64,000 nucleotides of DNA from Nymphaea colorata. Its lineage: Eukaryota. The stretch lies in NCBI RefSeq assembly GCF_008831285.2, contig NC_045138.2, positions 20,026,001 through 20,090,000 of the forward strand, in the 5' to 3' direction. The translations under genes were made by a program, and so were the position numbers. The notes under the pieces were generated by a model. The model was not told the origin of the DNA. It ran no database searches and saw nothing but the letters and a program-made list of their open reading frames with translations. The stretch's first letter is position 1, and each line of letters starts with the position of its first letter. Below, piece after piece: positions 25,343 to 39,231 of this stretch.

Positions 25343-26917
25343 TGATGCTAAACCATATTGCCGACCTGGTTTTAGCATCAGAATTAGTTGAAAATACACT
25401 TCTTTCTCTGCTAAAACCATGTTTCTAGCATGGTTTTGGTGTGACTAAAATGGGCTATTGATCTGGAGGCAAGGATTGTGCTAGTAAGAGCTGGGGAATT
25501 GAGATGGATGTTTATGTGAAAGAGTTACTAAGCCAGTAACTTGATTGCTAGTTGAACTTCAGCAGATGGCAGGATGTGCATCACCTTGATGTTGTTTTCT
25601 TTGGTTACCTATTCACCATCACCTCATTATCTTTTAGAGTTGAAAAAGGCGCTTCGGAACACAATGTCTTTCTTATCAAACGACTATAGGCACATTGAAC
25701 GGAAGACAAAAGAACATGGTGGGCCCTGCAAGAACTTACACTCAGCCATTTTTCAGCACTCCCCCAGAATGACTTGGAGCTTTTTGTGCATTCTTGCTCA
25801 AACGCATTATTTATGCAAAAACTATGTGATAATGAAGCAGCAATGCCAGTTCTTTTTGATCTTTGTCTTCCATGAACAGCAGACGGTGAACGTGAAAGGT
25901 CCTGTCATTAGATCTCAATAATTTGAGAGATACTTGTATCCAGTGGCAAATAGTTAATGTGCATTTTTTTCTTCTTTTCTTTTGGAGATTAGACCTAGAA
26001 CTTCCATCTACAGCCCCATTTAATAGGCTTCTAATTGGTATAACCATCGACATTTGATTTGCCTACAAAGCACGGTCTGCAGTGGTGGGTCCATAAAATT
26101 TTGGCCTTGGGGCACCCACTGGTCTCACTGGCCTAGTGGGCTGGGTGCCTGCAGTCATTGACCCGGCTCTGGTGTGTCTGTGCACTTGGCTGGAACTGGG
26201 TCCAGTTTGTCACAATAGAATGTGGGCAGTGGGCTACACCCAGCCCAAACGTAGCTTCACAAGTGATAGTCAATGTTGGCCTTACCTAAATAAACCGGCT
26301 TTGATTTCCTCAATAAATTTTTTAATGCTAAAACTTGCTTCAACAGTTCTGACAAAAAAAAAAAAAAGCAGCATCAGTTCTTGTGGTTGGTTTATTGTAG
26401 ACGAGATGCTTTTCTATAATAAAACCATAACAAGAGATCCAAATCCAGGCATGAGAGGCTTTCCTAACATAAAAACAGTTGAAAACAATTAATGGCATCA
26501 TATTGGTTTGAATACTTGAATCCAGGCTTCAGAGGCTTTACCTGGCCTAGTTTGAACCACTGAACAAAAGTAGATGGGTCAGGAAAATAATAAAGCTCTT
26601 GGGCTCTCAATTGTTCTCAACTGTTATGATCCTAATTGCCCATCCACGTTGAATACATACATGAATGGTTGGGTTCTAATGAAAAATTAGTCACATACTT
26701 CACCTAAAAGTTGTTTATATTACCTTTTTCTTTGAAACTTTCAAGCAAATTCAAGTTCTAATGACCTGATGTCTATCAGTCAACTAGATAAGTTGGATTT
26801 GCATGAGTGATGTACATGGCTTAGATTTGTTGGATACGGTATGAGGCATTTGCCTTTTAACTATGCTTGATTCTAATGTATTTAATTGTCTAATGTCCGA
26901 CGAGTTTGCATCACTGG

Positions 26918-27045
26918 ACGGTGTTTGATAAGAATAATAACATTTTGTTTTTGAAATACATGTTAGTAGAATATATATTCAAATAACCCTGTGTTTTTGT
27001 TTCAAAAAATATGGCAAAATTATATAATTTCTTATCAAATGCTTA
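26918..27045. mobile_element. Short Tourist-like MITE
   Basis: Inverted termini gtgtttgataagaa / ttcttatcaaatgc; AT-rich interior. Confidence 0.45.
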
Positions 27046-27952
27046 TATAGATGTACTTTGGACAAAGTTTTTGGAGATATTCTAAGCAATTTTAAAGAGT
27101 GGTAAAAAAAAAATCCCCAGGCTGACATATTTTTGTGAAAACTACAGTATTTGATTTTTTACAAGTTAAAGCCTTTTTACTTCCAAAATTTTGTGAAAAC
27201 TACAATATTTGATTTATGCACTCGATACAAATTTCCTGTATTGTGAATATCATTATTATTTCGACCTCACATTTCCCCTTCTGTAGAAGGAAATCTTGTT
27301 GGGAACTTTGATTTTGGCCTACCGTTTTTCTTATAATTTCAAAAAATTTGATTACTTTTTTTTATAATTCTTCAATTGAGGGTTTGCATTTTTCATAAAA
27401 CGGACACCTCGCTTTTTGTTTTAAGGGAGATTACTTTGATGGAGCCACAGGTAAAAATGAGCCCTAAAACGGACACCTCGCTTTTTGTTTTTATGTGATA
27501 TTCGGGCAATCCCATTTTCTGAGTTAGGCCGATTTACCGAATCAAGCTTCAGAGGCGATTCGGTCTCGACGACCGATCTGACGACATTCCTTAGACCAGA
27601 AGTTCCCTTCCCCTCCGTTTCCGTCGTTCGCCTGTACTCGGGACTCGAATTTTCCGGGCAAAAGATCGACGTAGATCTCCTTTTTTGTGGAAAGCGGTAA
27701 ATGCACTGTCCTTCAGCTTCCACTATTTTGCTTTTCGTCTCTTTTGGCGCCGACGGGTGACCTCTTTCCCGCGACACCTCTCATATGTTGCCTGCTTCCT
27801 CCGAATGGAAATTCAGGCATTGAATTGCCTGAATATCCCTCCATCAGTGACGAATCGACCTTTGGATGGGCGGTCTTCTGAATTTTTGCTTCACCTCTCT
27901 CTCTCTCTTTCTCTAATTGGTTCATAGTTACTACAGGGGTGCAGAGGGCTCG

Positions 27953-30563
27953 ATGGGTTTCATAGGAGAAACGTTGGACTCGATTCGGTCGCTGCAGATT
28001 CGGCAGGTGGTTTCTCAGGCAATCAGCCTCGGTATAAGCACACGCTCTTCCTCATGTGCCTCCCTTTCATGTCATTATTTCCATTGCATCCGTGATTCAT
28101 AGCTCCGTCTACCTGATCCCCGTTTTGCCTTTTCTCTTTATCTCTTCAATCCGTGTTGGTTAGGGATGATCGTTACATCTGCTCTAATAATATGGAAGGG
28201 GTTGATGTGCGTCACCGGGAGCGAATCGCCCGTTGTCGTGGTTCTTTCCGGAAGTATGGAACCTGGGTTCAAGAGGGTATGCTGAAAATCGCCGTCTGTT
28301 TTTTGCTGATTGTTCCTGTTTTAGATCAGAGTTAGTGACTTTTATGGTACCCTGCGCACTGTTTTATATGTCTTCTACTAATCTATTAAAGAAATGAAAT
28401 GCATTTTCAACCAGTGTATGGTTGTAGCTGAGACTTGATATTCATATGATCTATTGGGTGGATTCTATGGTAGTTAGGTTCAAAAGGCTTAAGATGTTTC
28501 GAATGCTGATATATTGCAAGATTTAGGTTGTTAGTGGAATGTGACATTCTTTTTGTGACTCAGCAGCAGGAAATGCAGTTCTTTGTGCGAGTCATACCTC
28601 CATAAGTTTTATGCCGATGAGTGCATCTATTGAACATGTTTGACGTTTAATACCCTTAATATCCTAAATGTTGGTATCTATTTAACGGACGCAAGCAAAT
28701 ACTAAAGATAGTTTATTTAAAAAGCAGATGGTAGAAGAGCGTCTCCATTCTTTTCGATGTTATTGTCAGAATTCTTGCTTGCTGGCATCAAATGCTACTT
28801 TCTTGCGTATATTCTTTTCTTTTGTTTGGTTTTTCCCTTTAATTGTGATCACAAGGTTTTTTAGTTAAATAATTTTTTTATCTCCTTTATGTTCTTAGCT
28901 AATAATGTGATGTCTTGTAGGGTGATATACTATTCCTGCGTATGAGCAAGGATCCTATTCGAGCTGGAGAGATTGTTGTCTTCAATATTGACGTACGTTT
29001 CATTCTGGCTTACTGATCTTGACACTAGGCTTGACAAACTCTCTTTCTTAGTTCATTTCTCATTGATCATCCTAGTAATATCATGGATGTGACAAGAAGG
29101 GCTGATATCTGAAGAGTTCATATGGGCCCCTGCGTGGTGTGGCATGAGGGGCTGATAAAATGCCTATGGAAAGCTGATACGGGCCAATACACATAGATAG
29201 TAATTACGTTGCTGAGAACGACACTGTGACTATGATATGACAAATTTATGATCACATACTTTTCTTTTTAGCAACATTTGGTATACGTGCATCTATAAGT
29301 TTCTGTGGCCGTTGGTCACTTTACTTGAATTTGTTCTTAATTCTTATGCAAGCCTCTCGTCATCATGTTGATGCAGGGGAGAGAAATTCCAATTGTTCAT
29401 CGGGTAATCAAGGTGAATCTCCATTCTGAGCTTCTTTTTTTCATTTTTTTTATCCTAGTCAACTAGATTTGGTCTTACTTTGGGTGAGTTAAAGTGGTGA
29501 AGCTGATCTGTGGTGCATATTTAATAGCCTCAATGGAATTGGTGTGATCTTAGTTACTTTCTTATTGGTTCTTGATCCTGATAGAGCCTATGAATCTACT
29601 ATAACTATGTCATTCTAGTAATGTCTTTACAAAGTGCCTCCGGCAAGTATATGCTATATGTTGAATGTCACATGCACTTGATTTCAGGTTCATGAGCGGA
29701 GTGACACTGGTGAAGTGGATGTACTAACAAAAGGTTTGCACGTTTCTTGGTTTGAGACTTAAGGGAATTACATTGACAGTGCTCTCGGGCAAATGATCTC
29801 CAGTAAATATATTGTTGACCTTATGTTAATAATTTGCATATCAGGGGATAATAATTTTGGAGATGATAGGCTTTTATATGCCCATGGCCAGCTCTGGCTT
29901 CAGCAGCATCACATTATGGGTAGAGCTGTTGGGTAAGACATTTTGCCTTAAACTATGTGCTTTGGTAAATGATGCATACGATCACCTGCTTGGAGCCTTG
30001 CAAATATGGTTCTGGTGTTTTGTTGCCTGTACAATTTTTCAACTTTGTAACTGGAGTCTTTTGCTGACTATTACAGGTTTTTACCATATGTTGGCTGGGT
30101 TACAATCATTATGACTGAAAAGCCCATTATCAAGGTTTGCTAACTATCACTACTTTAATGACTTAATTTCCTTGTCAGTGTGATGAGTGCAAGGAATCAC
30201 ATGTTTATGAAATGCTGCAACTAATTGTCATAAATTTGGATGGAGCAACTATGCTTCAGGTTCTTTAGAAACAGGGAAATGTCCACCTCTATTAAGATTT
30301 TATGCTCATAGCATTAGGTATAACAGAGAAAGCATCTGTTCATCAGATGCCCAAGTGGTTGGTCTCTGAATTGCTTGACTTAGGATCATTTTTACACTTC
30401 CCTTTAAGAAGAGAAAAGAGTGGACCGGCTTTTCCACAGATGGTTCCCTCTGCACGATAGTACAAATGAATCTTATTCATCTCTGACATGTACTCTCAAT
30501 TTCTTTTTGCAGTACCTTCTCATTGGAGCCTTAGGACTGCTCGTCATAACGTCGAAGGAATAA
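27953..30563 (+). CDS. SEC11: Signal peptidase complex catalytic subunit SEC11, copy 1; exons 27953-28031, 28164-28276, 28921-28992, 29377-29412, 29688-29733, 29845-29932, 30077-30134, 30513-30563 (180 aa)
   Basis: S26B peptidase motifs [56 protein letters not shown]; ends LLVITSKE*. Probable 5'-UTR intron 27697-27936. Confidence 0.96.
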
Positions 30564-31888
30564 AAGCTCACTGTTAGGTGTTTATGCTGGAATATGTGTC
30601 TCAATCCTTTTATTCGTTGATGTTTTTGCTCATTTGAGAAAATTTTGGTCTAAAAGAACAGATGATTCCACTCGTTCATTAGGATGGGCATAACTTGGGA
30701 TTTCAATATTTTATTGGACTAATCTCACCCATGAAGTTCTTCGCTCTTTGATCACATATATTGTTTCATATAGCTGCATGATGAGTAGAATTTAATCAAA
30801 TCATTTTGACACAGGCCTTCTGTGAGTTGTAGGTAGTTGGTGGGTCAGCTTCTCTGAGGTCAAAGCTTTTTCGCTGCAGAAAATTGAAAGTAATAGGTCG
30901 GTGATTTAGATTATAGTCCTCAAAACTATGAATAGGGGGATGCCCCTTATGATCTATGAACTTGTATGTTCAATACAAGCGGACAGGCAGAACTTCGTTT
31001 TCTTGGTATCTTGCATATTCTTCATTTTCTAGTTTCCGGTGCATGGATCCTTGTATTTTTGTGAAGGGGAATCTACTAATACATACAAGCTGCAGTCTGT
31101 AGTCACGGCCGGATCAGCTGCAAGGTGCATGATTTTACTTCTTCCTGTCGAGATGTCACTGTCTGATGCTCAACCATAAGCTTGTGTTTCATGACACTAC
31201 ATGATCCAGGCTCTTTGTTTAGCTCAAAGGCGGAAATTTTCACATTTTGGTGGAGACTCATGCATTTAAGGTTCTATCACAACACTCAGAAATATTCGTA
31301 TATAAAATTTGCACAGGGGAGAGTGCGTAAAACTTACGAAGATGTGTAAACCTTAACATGTACATAATCTACAAATTTGCATTATGGATCTTTGGGATGG
31401 CCCGATTGTGTTGCATCTTGGAGAACTTATACCCAATCCAGACTGCCTAGCATCAATTCTTATAGATTTAGATATATTTTTACCTTTTATAGTTATAAAC
31501 AATTAAAGTCCTCCATGCACTTGGATTTGATATGAGGTTCTAATTAATAATGGATTCAACTCAAATTGACAAACGGTGGATCTGAAAGCCATGAATTTAA
31601 TATGACCATTAAGCCTCAAATCCATGGATCACAAGTCAAAAGGATGGGGCTCTGACTTAAGTCTGTATATCACAATGTTTGTGGATCCGCAATGCAAAAA
31701 CCCTTGCATCTTTCCACCTTAAGATTTAAGATCTTCGTTAAAAAAACCAAGGATTTGAAATCCTGTGAACTAAGACCCAAGATAATCAAAGACATGTTTG
31801 TTAGGCTTTTAAAAGTGTATTCCCATATAAGTTTATAAACAAAACTTTTATCTTATATTTTAAGCAATTTTTCAATTCAGGTTAAAAG

Positions 31889-32183
31889 CCAGTATTAGAA
31901 AAACTGATTTGCAAACGGAATTGGTAGAGCTGGCCGCCAATCTGGCGGACCGGTCGATCCATTGATTTAACTGAACTAATTGTGAATCGGTAAAAATATC
32001 GCAAAATTCATCTCAAAATGAAAAAATGTGTCATAAAATATTAAAATAAAAAAATTTCTTAAAGCTTTTCTTCGAACGGTTAAACGCCGACACATGGAGC
32101 TCTTGGATCGGCCATAAAATGGAGCCAAGCTGGCCACCGGCTCAATTTGAATCCTCATATTCAAGCCAACCATGACGGTACTG
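31889..32183. mobile_element. Possible hAT-like MITE between the SEC11 copies
   Basis: Termini ccagta.../...tactg with GC-rich subterminal motifs and an AT-rich core; flanks gttaaaag / gtcaaaag (7/8). Confidence 0.45.
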
Positions 32184-33202
32184 GTCAAAAGAGTTTGAAA
32201 TATGCACTCAGGGGATTGAGCTTAAGATCTTCAAGTTAGTGGAAATTAAAAATTTGACAAGAAAGTTGGCATGTAATGAATTAGGTAATCTGGCTTACAT
32301 TTTAATTGCAATTTCAGCAAAAGTAACTCCCTTTTGCGATTTTTCAATAAAAATTTGTATTGTTTATGAAAACTTTCAAATAAAAGTTCAAAGATAACTT
32401 CAGTTATCTTGAAAAAAAAAGGCATTATCTGCAATTTCTTTTCAATGTGATCTTCGAATCACCAAACTCTGTTTTTATGCTTTCAACCAATGTTTTCTTT
32501 TTGAAGCTTATAATATATTTTAGTCACTTATTTTGACAGTTTTCTATAAAATGTGTGTAGGGTTGGTGAGAGAGTTTGAAGTTCAGTTCGATTTCCGTAG
32601 CAATGTTTTCTTAGACTGCAAAAAAATAACATGAAGCAATTGTAAATTCACTCAATTCTCTACCTGACTCTAAAGAAAGAAAAAGTGAAGTCGTAAATAA
32701 ATTTCTCAAAATACATAATTTTTTTTTTTCTTGAATCATGTTTCAGAATCCAATTGTGTTCAGAGTCGGTCCATTCTAATTGGGTTCAGAGCCGGTCCGA
32801 TGACATTCTTCTGAGTTTTCCACTCTTCCCCAATCCCCATGAAGATTTAGTCGATCCGATTCCCATGCGCTTCTGTCCTCGGCCGAACTTTTCGGTCCCT
32901 TTTTTCTTTCTTCCGGTCAAAGACGAGTAAGGACTTTCGTCGAACCGAACGTGGACTTGTGTTCAATGTCCCACCTCTTCTGCTTTTTCATGTCTTGATC
33001 GCCGCCGGGAACTCCTTCCAGCAACGGTCTCTGACTCTCTCCATTTATTGTTTACTTCCTCTCCGAATCAAAACTATGGAAATTCAGATGTAGAATCGTC
33101 TGATGTTTCCTCCATTGTTGCTTACTTCTCTCTCGGCGTGTGTGTGTGTGTCTGTGGGCGTTTTCTGAAAACTTGGTTGTTGTTGTACGAGGAGTAAGTG
33201 CG

Positions 33203-36200
33203 ATGGGTTGGATAGGGGAAGCAATGGAGTCGATTCGATCGCTTCGGATTAGACAAGTTGCTTCTCAAGCTATCAGCCTCGGTGTGAACATTACCCCTTC
33301 CTCTCATTTCAGTATTTCCGTTCAATATGTGGTTTTTCTTTTCTTTTCTGGGATGCCCATTTGTTCACTTTCTTTTAGTTTCCTCACACTGCTGGTTCAG
33401 GGATGATCGTTACTTCTGCTCTGGTGATATGGAAGGCGTTGATATGCATCACGGGGAGCGAATCGCCCGTTGTCGTGGTTCTTTCTGAAAGTATGGAACC
33501 TGGGTTCCAGAGGGTATGCCGGAAGTCGCCATCTCGCTACCTTAATTTCCCTTATTTTTCCTGTTTCAGCTCAGATACAGTAATTTATGTGCTACTCTGT
33601 TTACTATTCCGTTCATCTTTCACCAAAGTTTACTGCTCCATTCATCATGATCCTTGTTTGGAACCGTAAGCAGTCGTAGCCTAAAACTTAGATCCACTGG
33701 ATCGATTTGCTGGATTTTTGTTGTTGTTCCGATCAAAGACTTACATGTATCATGCTGAGATGTTTGGTTGAATGTCATCCTTTTTGTGGGTCCAGCGACT
33801 CAGCCAAGGAAATCTAGCTCCCTTATACGCTCATATCTCCAAATGTTTGCATGCTGACCGCCGCATCTTTTGCATATATTTGAGGTTTTCTTTTCTTTTT
33901 TTTTTTGTCCAATCAATTCGTGTACCATCAGTATCTTGGTATCACAAACCTCGGTAACACTGACAAACACTAAAGTAGTATGTCTGTGCGTGCGTGTGCG
34001 TGTTCGTTCTTTCTGATGTTATTGTCAAGCATTATTGTTTAGTGGTATTAAATTTTTCAAGTTGCCTACATATTTCTTCCTTATGGAGATTTTTTTTTAA
34101 AACAAACTTTGGTTCCTATGTTCTTAGCTACTAATGTGATCTCAGGGGGACATACTTTTCCTGCATATGAGCAAGGACCCTATTCGAGCTGGGGAGATTG
34201 TTGTCTTCAATGTTGATGTATGTTTCATCTGCTTATTTATCTTGACATTATGAATGCCAATGCTTCTTTTCGTAGGACTTTTTTTTATTGGTCGTATCAT
34301 GGTTGGGTTAAACAGGCGTGAATGAGCGTTGCTTTTCTAAGCTCGTCATATCTGAAGAAGTCATTTACGACTGTTCTCCACTAGTCACATGCACAAGCAG
34401 AAGTCACGAATATCTCCAAAAGCTTGAAAAATACCTCAATACCATTAGTGTTTTAGATCCACAAAATAGTATTAGCAAAATATCTTATTTTTCTCAAAAA
34501 ATCACCAAACTGTATATCCGGACAGTATACAATGCAGTATCATTACAAAATTATCACAACAGTTTTTTTGCAGGTTTTTTTTGAAAATATTCCTTCTTTA
34601 TGTTTTAATCTATTATTTTGTTTTTGAACTTTTATAATTGTTTCTATATATTTCTTGAAAAAAAACCTAGAAAATCTATTATGTCATAATTTTATTTGTT
34701 CTAAAGTTTAGAATTTTCAAGATTTTGCCGAGAAGTTTTAAGAAAGACTGCATCTTGAAAAAATACCCTTTCTAGAAAACTCTGCTGAGAACAATGTCTG
34801 TGACCAAGCATTTGGTGATGCATCTTTCTTTGCTTCCTTGTCTGTTTGTGTGGCTAAAGACTTTTGACTATTTTATTTCAATTTATTTTTGTGCAACTTT
34901 TTTCATCGTGCTGATCCAGGGGCGCCCCATTCCAATTGTCCATCGAGTAATCAAGGTGCATTCCCATTCTAAGCTTCTTTTGTGTTTACTTTCCTAATCA
35001 ACTCTATCTTTCCCTACTTTGATTTAGTTAAAATGGTGAGGCTGATCTGTGGTACATATTTAACGACATCGACAAAATTTTTATGCTCTTAGTTGCTTTC
35101 CATTTAATCTGTATCTTGTGGTAATTCATACATCTATTGGAAAATGTTCTTAGTGTTTGTTCTTCGAAAGAATTTCTACCATGTATATAACAAATGATGA
35201 AGATAACATGCCCTCGGTTCCCAGGTTCATGAGCAGAGTGACAGTGGTGAAGTGGACGTACTGACAAAAGGTTTGTACCTTTTTGGTTTGGAAATAAAGA
35301 AAGAAAACCTAGAGCGGTAGCAAGTATCAACAGATGATTCAACTCCCAAGCAAATGCTTAACTCTCAAGCAAATACTTTTCTAGTAAGCATATTGTTGGA
35401 TCTTATCTCATTTGTTTCTTTTATGTTTCAGGTGATAATAATAAACTGGATGATAGGATTCTTTATGCACCTGACCAGCTCTGGCTTCACCAGCATCACA
35501 TTGTGGGTAGAGCTGTTGGGTAAGACATATAGGCTTAAAGTGTTTTAAGGTTTCTTCAACAAATGAATGCAAATTAACTTGCATGAATTTTCGACAATAT
35601 AAGCAGTTCTTTGTTATTCCCAGATTTTTACCATATGCTGGATGGGTAACAATTATCATGACTGAGAAGCCCATTTTCAAGGTTTGCTGACTGTTACTAG
35701 TTCTCTTCTTTGTTCTTATGAACTCTGTTCCCTTATTGCAGGACAAATGTGTTAGATCACATTTTTATGAAATGCTGCAAGTTATTCTCATAATTTTGGC
35801 TTGCTCAATGATACTTCAGGTTCTCTGTGAATCTGAGAATACCAACCTTAGTTGGTGCTTATGGTTATCCTTAGCAGTAGATACAATAGATAAGCCATTT
35901 ATTTATCAGAATCATCTTTTCTTTGTCTCCTGGATTGTAACCCATCGGAAGTTTGTTTGAGGTATGAATTTGACCATAAAATTGTAATAGAATTTCCAGC
36001 ACAGTTTTGTATGGAAATTTCCATAAGCGATAAAACAGTGGACACTTATTTTTTATGCTTATTGATGCAATTTCAATCTTGTTACTAGTAAATGTATTCA
36101 TGAGGATGAGATGCAAGATTGAATATTAGTCTTTTTATTGCTCAATTTGGGGATAACAGGTAAGGTTCTGGTTCGGTCTGCATGATAGCCTGACTTGAAA

Positions 36201-36320
36201 CTTATTCATCTCTTCTAATCTAACATGAAACTTATTCATCTCTTTGATATGTATTCTCAATTTCTATTGCAGTACCTGCTTATTGGAGCCTTAGGATTGC
36301 TAGCCATTTCATCCAATTAA
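33203..36320 (+). CDS. SEC11: Signal peptidase complex catalytic subunit SEC11, tandem copy 2; exons 33203-33281, 33401-33513, 34146-34217, 34920-34955, 35225-35270, 35432-35519, 35624-35681, 36273-36320 (179 aa)
   Basis: Same exon sizes as copy 1 except a 3-nt shorter last exon; motifs [36 protein letters not shown]; intact frame ending LLAISSN*. Confidence 0.95.
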
Positions 36321-37299
36321 TCGGTATGTAGCTTACGGATTTTCCATGATGGAACACATTTTCAATGCCTTTATCAATTCATGGTTTTCTCATTTCAGAA
36401 AGTTTTGGTCTCTTGTTTCACGGTATTATGAAGATGGGCATAGTCTTTCACTGGCTCCAACTTCATAATTGTAATAGGACTAATTTGACTTGTGAAATTC
36501 TGCTGCTCATTGACATAAATTATATTGTTTGATCTCTTTGTGTCGTGTGGAGTTTTCCTTAAAGACAGGTCATCCATGAGTTGCACAGTTGGCTGGCCAG
36601 TTGCTCAGAAACTGAACCCGTTTTCCCTGCAAAAAGATGGGGAAGGATAGAGGGGTGGCTTTTGCTCTGCACGTTAATGGTCCTCAAGTGAATACCTGGG
36701 GCGCTTCTTGTGGTCTATGAATTTGTACTTTCAATACAAAGACACGAAGAACTTCTCTTTCGATGCTTCACAGTTTTAATTTTCCAACTGATTTTTTCGT
36801 TTAAAATATGGTTATTGTTTATGAAGGGGTCTGCTGGCAATTACTGTTTGCACCTGTAGTAGGGAAGCCCCATGGATCAAGCCGTATACTATTTTGAGGT
36901 ACCATTGTTTGGTTCTCAACAAAATAGGCTCATAAGCATTTTGTTGTATGAGGAGAGTGAAAGAAAGACATGGAAATTTTACCATGTAAAATTCTTATAA
37001 TATTGGAAAGGTCAGGACTTATTGCAATGAAATGCCATTAGTATCAAGCTTGTATGTGAAATTTAACCGTAACCTCAATACATTTTTCACAATCTCACTT
37101 TTGGCAAAAAAAAAGGAGCCTCCAGTTGAACCATGTCATGCAGAATGGCATTAAAAATTTTGTGTTTCTAAACATAATCTCTGTTAAGCTTTTCATATCT
37201 ACACAATGCTCGGTCCTTTCATTTTAACTTATATTTTATCTAACCAAGTAGCATTAGTAAAGGTAGAAGTCTTGTATGAGGAAAACAAAAAACGTGAGA

Positions 37300-38070
37300 C
37301 TATTTTTGTGCAGAGCACTTTAAGCTAGGAAGTTGGACTGCTGAACACAAGCCCTTTGGACTATCAAAGGGATGGGACTGGTAGTTTTGTTGATTTTGAT
37401 GTTTACTTTCTGTTGTCTTAATTCGAGTACAACAGAGAAGTTCGATTTGGAGGTGGTAGACTCAACTTGAGATTGCTGGGTAAGTCTGAGAGTGGAGTTT
37501 TCTTTGCTGAGAAGCTGGTTGGTGCTGGTTTTGCTTGGACATTGTTCCATCAGTCAAGCACCGAATTACGGACAGTTTTACTCGCTTTTCTGAATTTTCA
37601 GCTGCAGCTGACTGAAAACTCTGTTGGAAGAAAAACCTCTAGGTGTTAAACCAGTTACTGAAAGCTTTAAGGGTTCATATGAAGCCAGAAGTTACTCAAA
37701 TAGAGATTTGCACAGTCGCCCAAGTTATCCACTGGTCATCTTGTAGATTACTGTTGATAGCATCCTTTGCATCATCATCATTGCCATGTCTATCATGCTT
37801 TCTCAGTATTGATATATCCGTTGCTACTGCCATGTACTGTTAATGATCGATCGCTGTTGCCATCTGCAATGGTGATATACGATTCTTAATACCCCCTTTT
37901 AAACCGCCAAAAAGCAAATATAAAATGGCTCTCGGTTAAGGGCTTTGGTGAAAACATTTGCAACTTACTTGATTTTGCTATTAACATTGTACTTGGAAAG
38001 GACAAGTCGAATAATTTGAATGCAGACAGTCAATGTCAATGTTCTTAGTTCGTTCATGGAAAACAATGTC
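37300..38070 (-). mobile_element. Ty1/copia retrotransposon 3' remnant (RNase H C-terminus, polypurine tract, putative 3' LTR)
   Basis: Minus-strand translation gives VFHERTKNIDIDC and, after a frameshift, VANVFTKAL, matching copia RNase H motifs (VFHERTKHIEIDC, QLADIFTKAL). These are followed by the purine tract aaaaagggg at ~37892-37900. The left boundary is a guess. Confidence 0.7.
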
Positions 38071-38075
38071 AACAA

Positions 38076-38470
38076 TAGACATATCAATGGATCAGATTTT
38101 AATCAATTAAATTCTCAACTTTATCTGTTTTTTTAATATTCACATATTCATATTCAAGTATGAATAGAGAGAAGTCATATTTGAATATGAAATCTGATTT
38201 CACAATCTGAATCTAATTTTTTATATTCATATTCAAATCCGAATTTGAATTTTGAACCAAATCTGATTGATTTAAAAAATGTAAGAGCATTGGATATAAG
38301 ATATTTATTTAAAACTAAATCTGATTTAATCCAAATCTGGTTGGATATTTACATATATTCAAATCGCACCGGATGTTATTTCTTAAATTCGATCAATTTC
38401 TTAATTGAAAAATAAAATTTTTTCTATATCCAATTTTTTCGGAACGGTTGGGTCTGATATCTGATCTCTC
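38076..38470. mobile_element. AT-rich non-autonomous element with repeated ATTCAAATC/TCTGAATC/TCCGA motifs (family B)
   Basis: Shares motifs with 43984-44540 (e.g. agagcattggatataagatatttatttaaaactaaatc) and, in reverse orientation, with 52630-52915. Confidence 0.6.
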
Positions 38471-38517
38471 TTAGTGATAAGACTTGTATGGATTTGATAA
38501 AGGTTTTATGGACTAAT

Positions 38518-38683
38518 CAGGGGTGGAGCTAAAAATTTTTAGCAAAGGGAATTAGTGATAAATTTCAAATTTTTACAGGACATGAACACGTAAATAAGAA
38601 AAATTACCCTAACGTGTTGATGTAAAATAAGTATTTTTTGTGGCTCCATGTGGGCAATTGCCCACACCCTGCTTTCATCCCTG
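38518..38683. mobile_element. hAT-like MITE, same family as 617-809
   Basis: Starts caggggtggagct, ends ctttcatccctg; flanks resemble ggactaat / ggaataat. Confidence 0.6.
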
Positions 38684-39231
38684 GAATAATCTAGTCCATT
38701 GGGTGTTCTATCATGGATCTCCTTGCAGTTGCATAACCAGGTCTGTCTTGTTCAAATAGGAGCAGCCTACGATAGAATTTGAGATTGGATTCCTCTCTCA
38801 TTAACTCGCCAAAGAATACAAAGTACAAACTATATTTTTAGCCTTGTAAAAGTGGTCAATATAAAACATGCAGCAACATAATTGCAACATAATCCTCTCT
38901 ATCCGTGAGATTAATCTACCAGTGGCAAATCAGATTTATAGTGGGATGTGAACTCTGATGAAACAAGAAAATCACGATCTGGATCCAAATTGATTACAAC
39001 AAGGAACTGATATGTCGCTGTGCACGTAGCAACAGACGTGGTGTCGGATTCGGATGTCAACCCAAACCTAATACGGTCTAACCTTGATTCAACTGAATCC
39101 GTACGTCCGCCCTACATGTATATATCTATATATACTCGATTTTTTGTTTTCGGTTTAAAAAACGGGTTCCGGAGCTCTCTCGTGCTCTCTCTCTCTCTCT
39201 CTCTTTTTCTAGCTCTAGTGATTGCAGGGTG

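Noticed and set aside
38950..39012. TGATGA...CTGA pair suggesting a box C/D snoRNA upstream of SPT4
   Set aside because: Only ~55 nt, with no terminal stem or rRNA-complementary guide that I can recognise.
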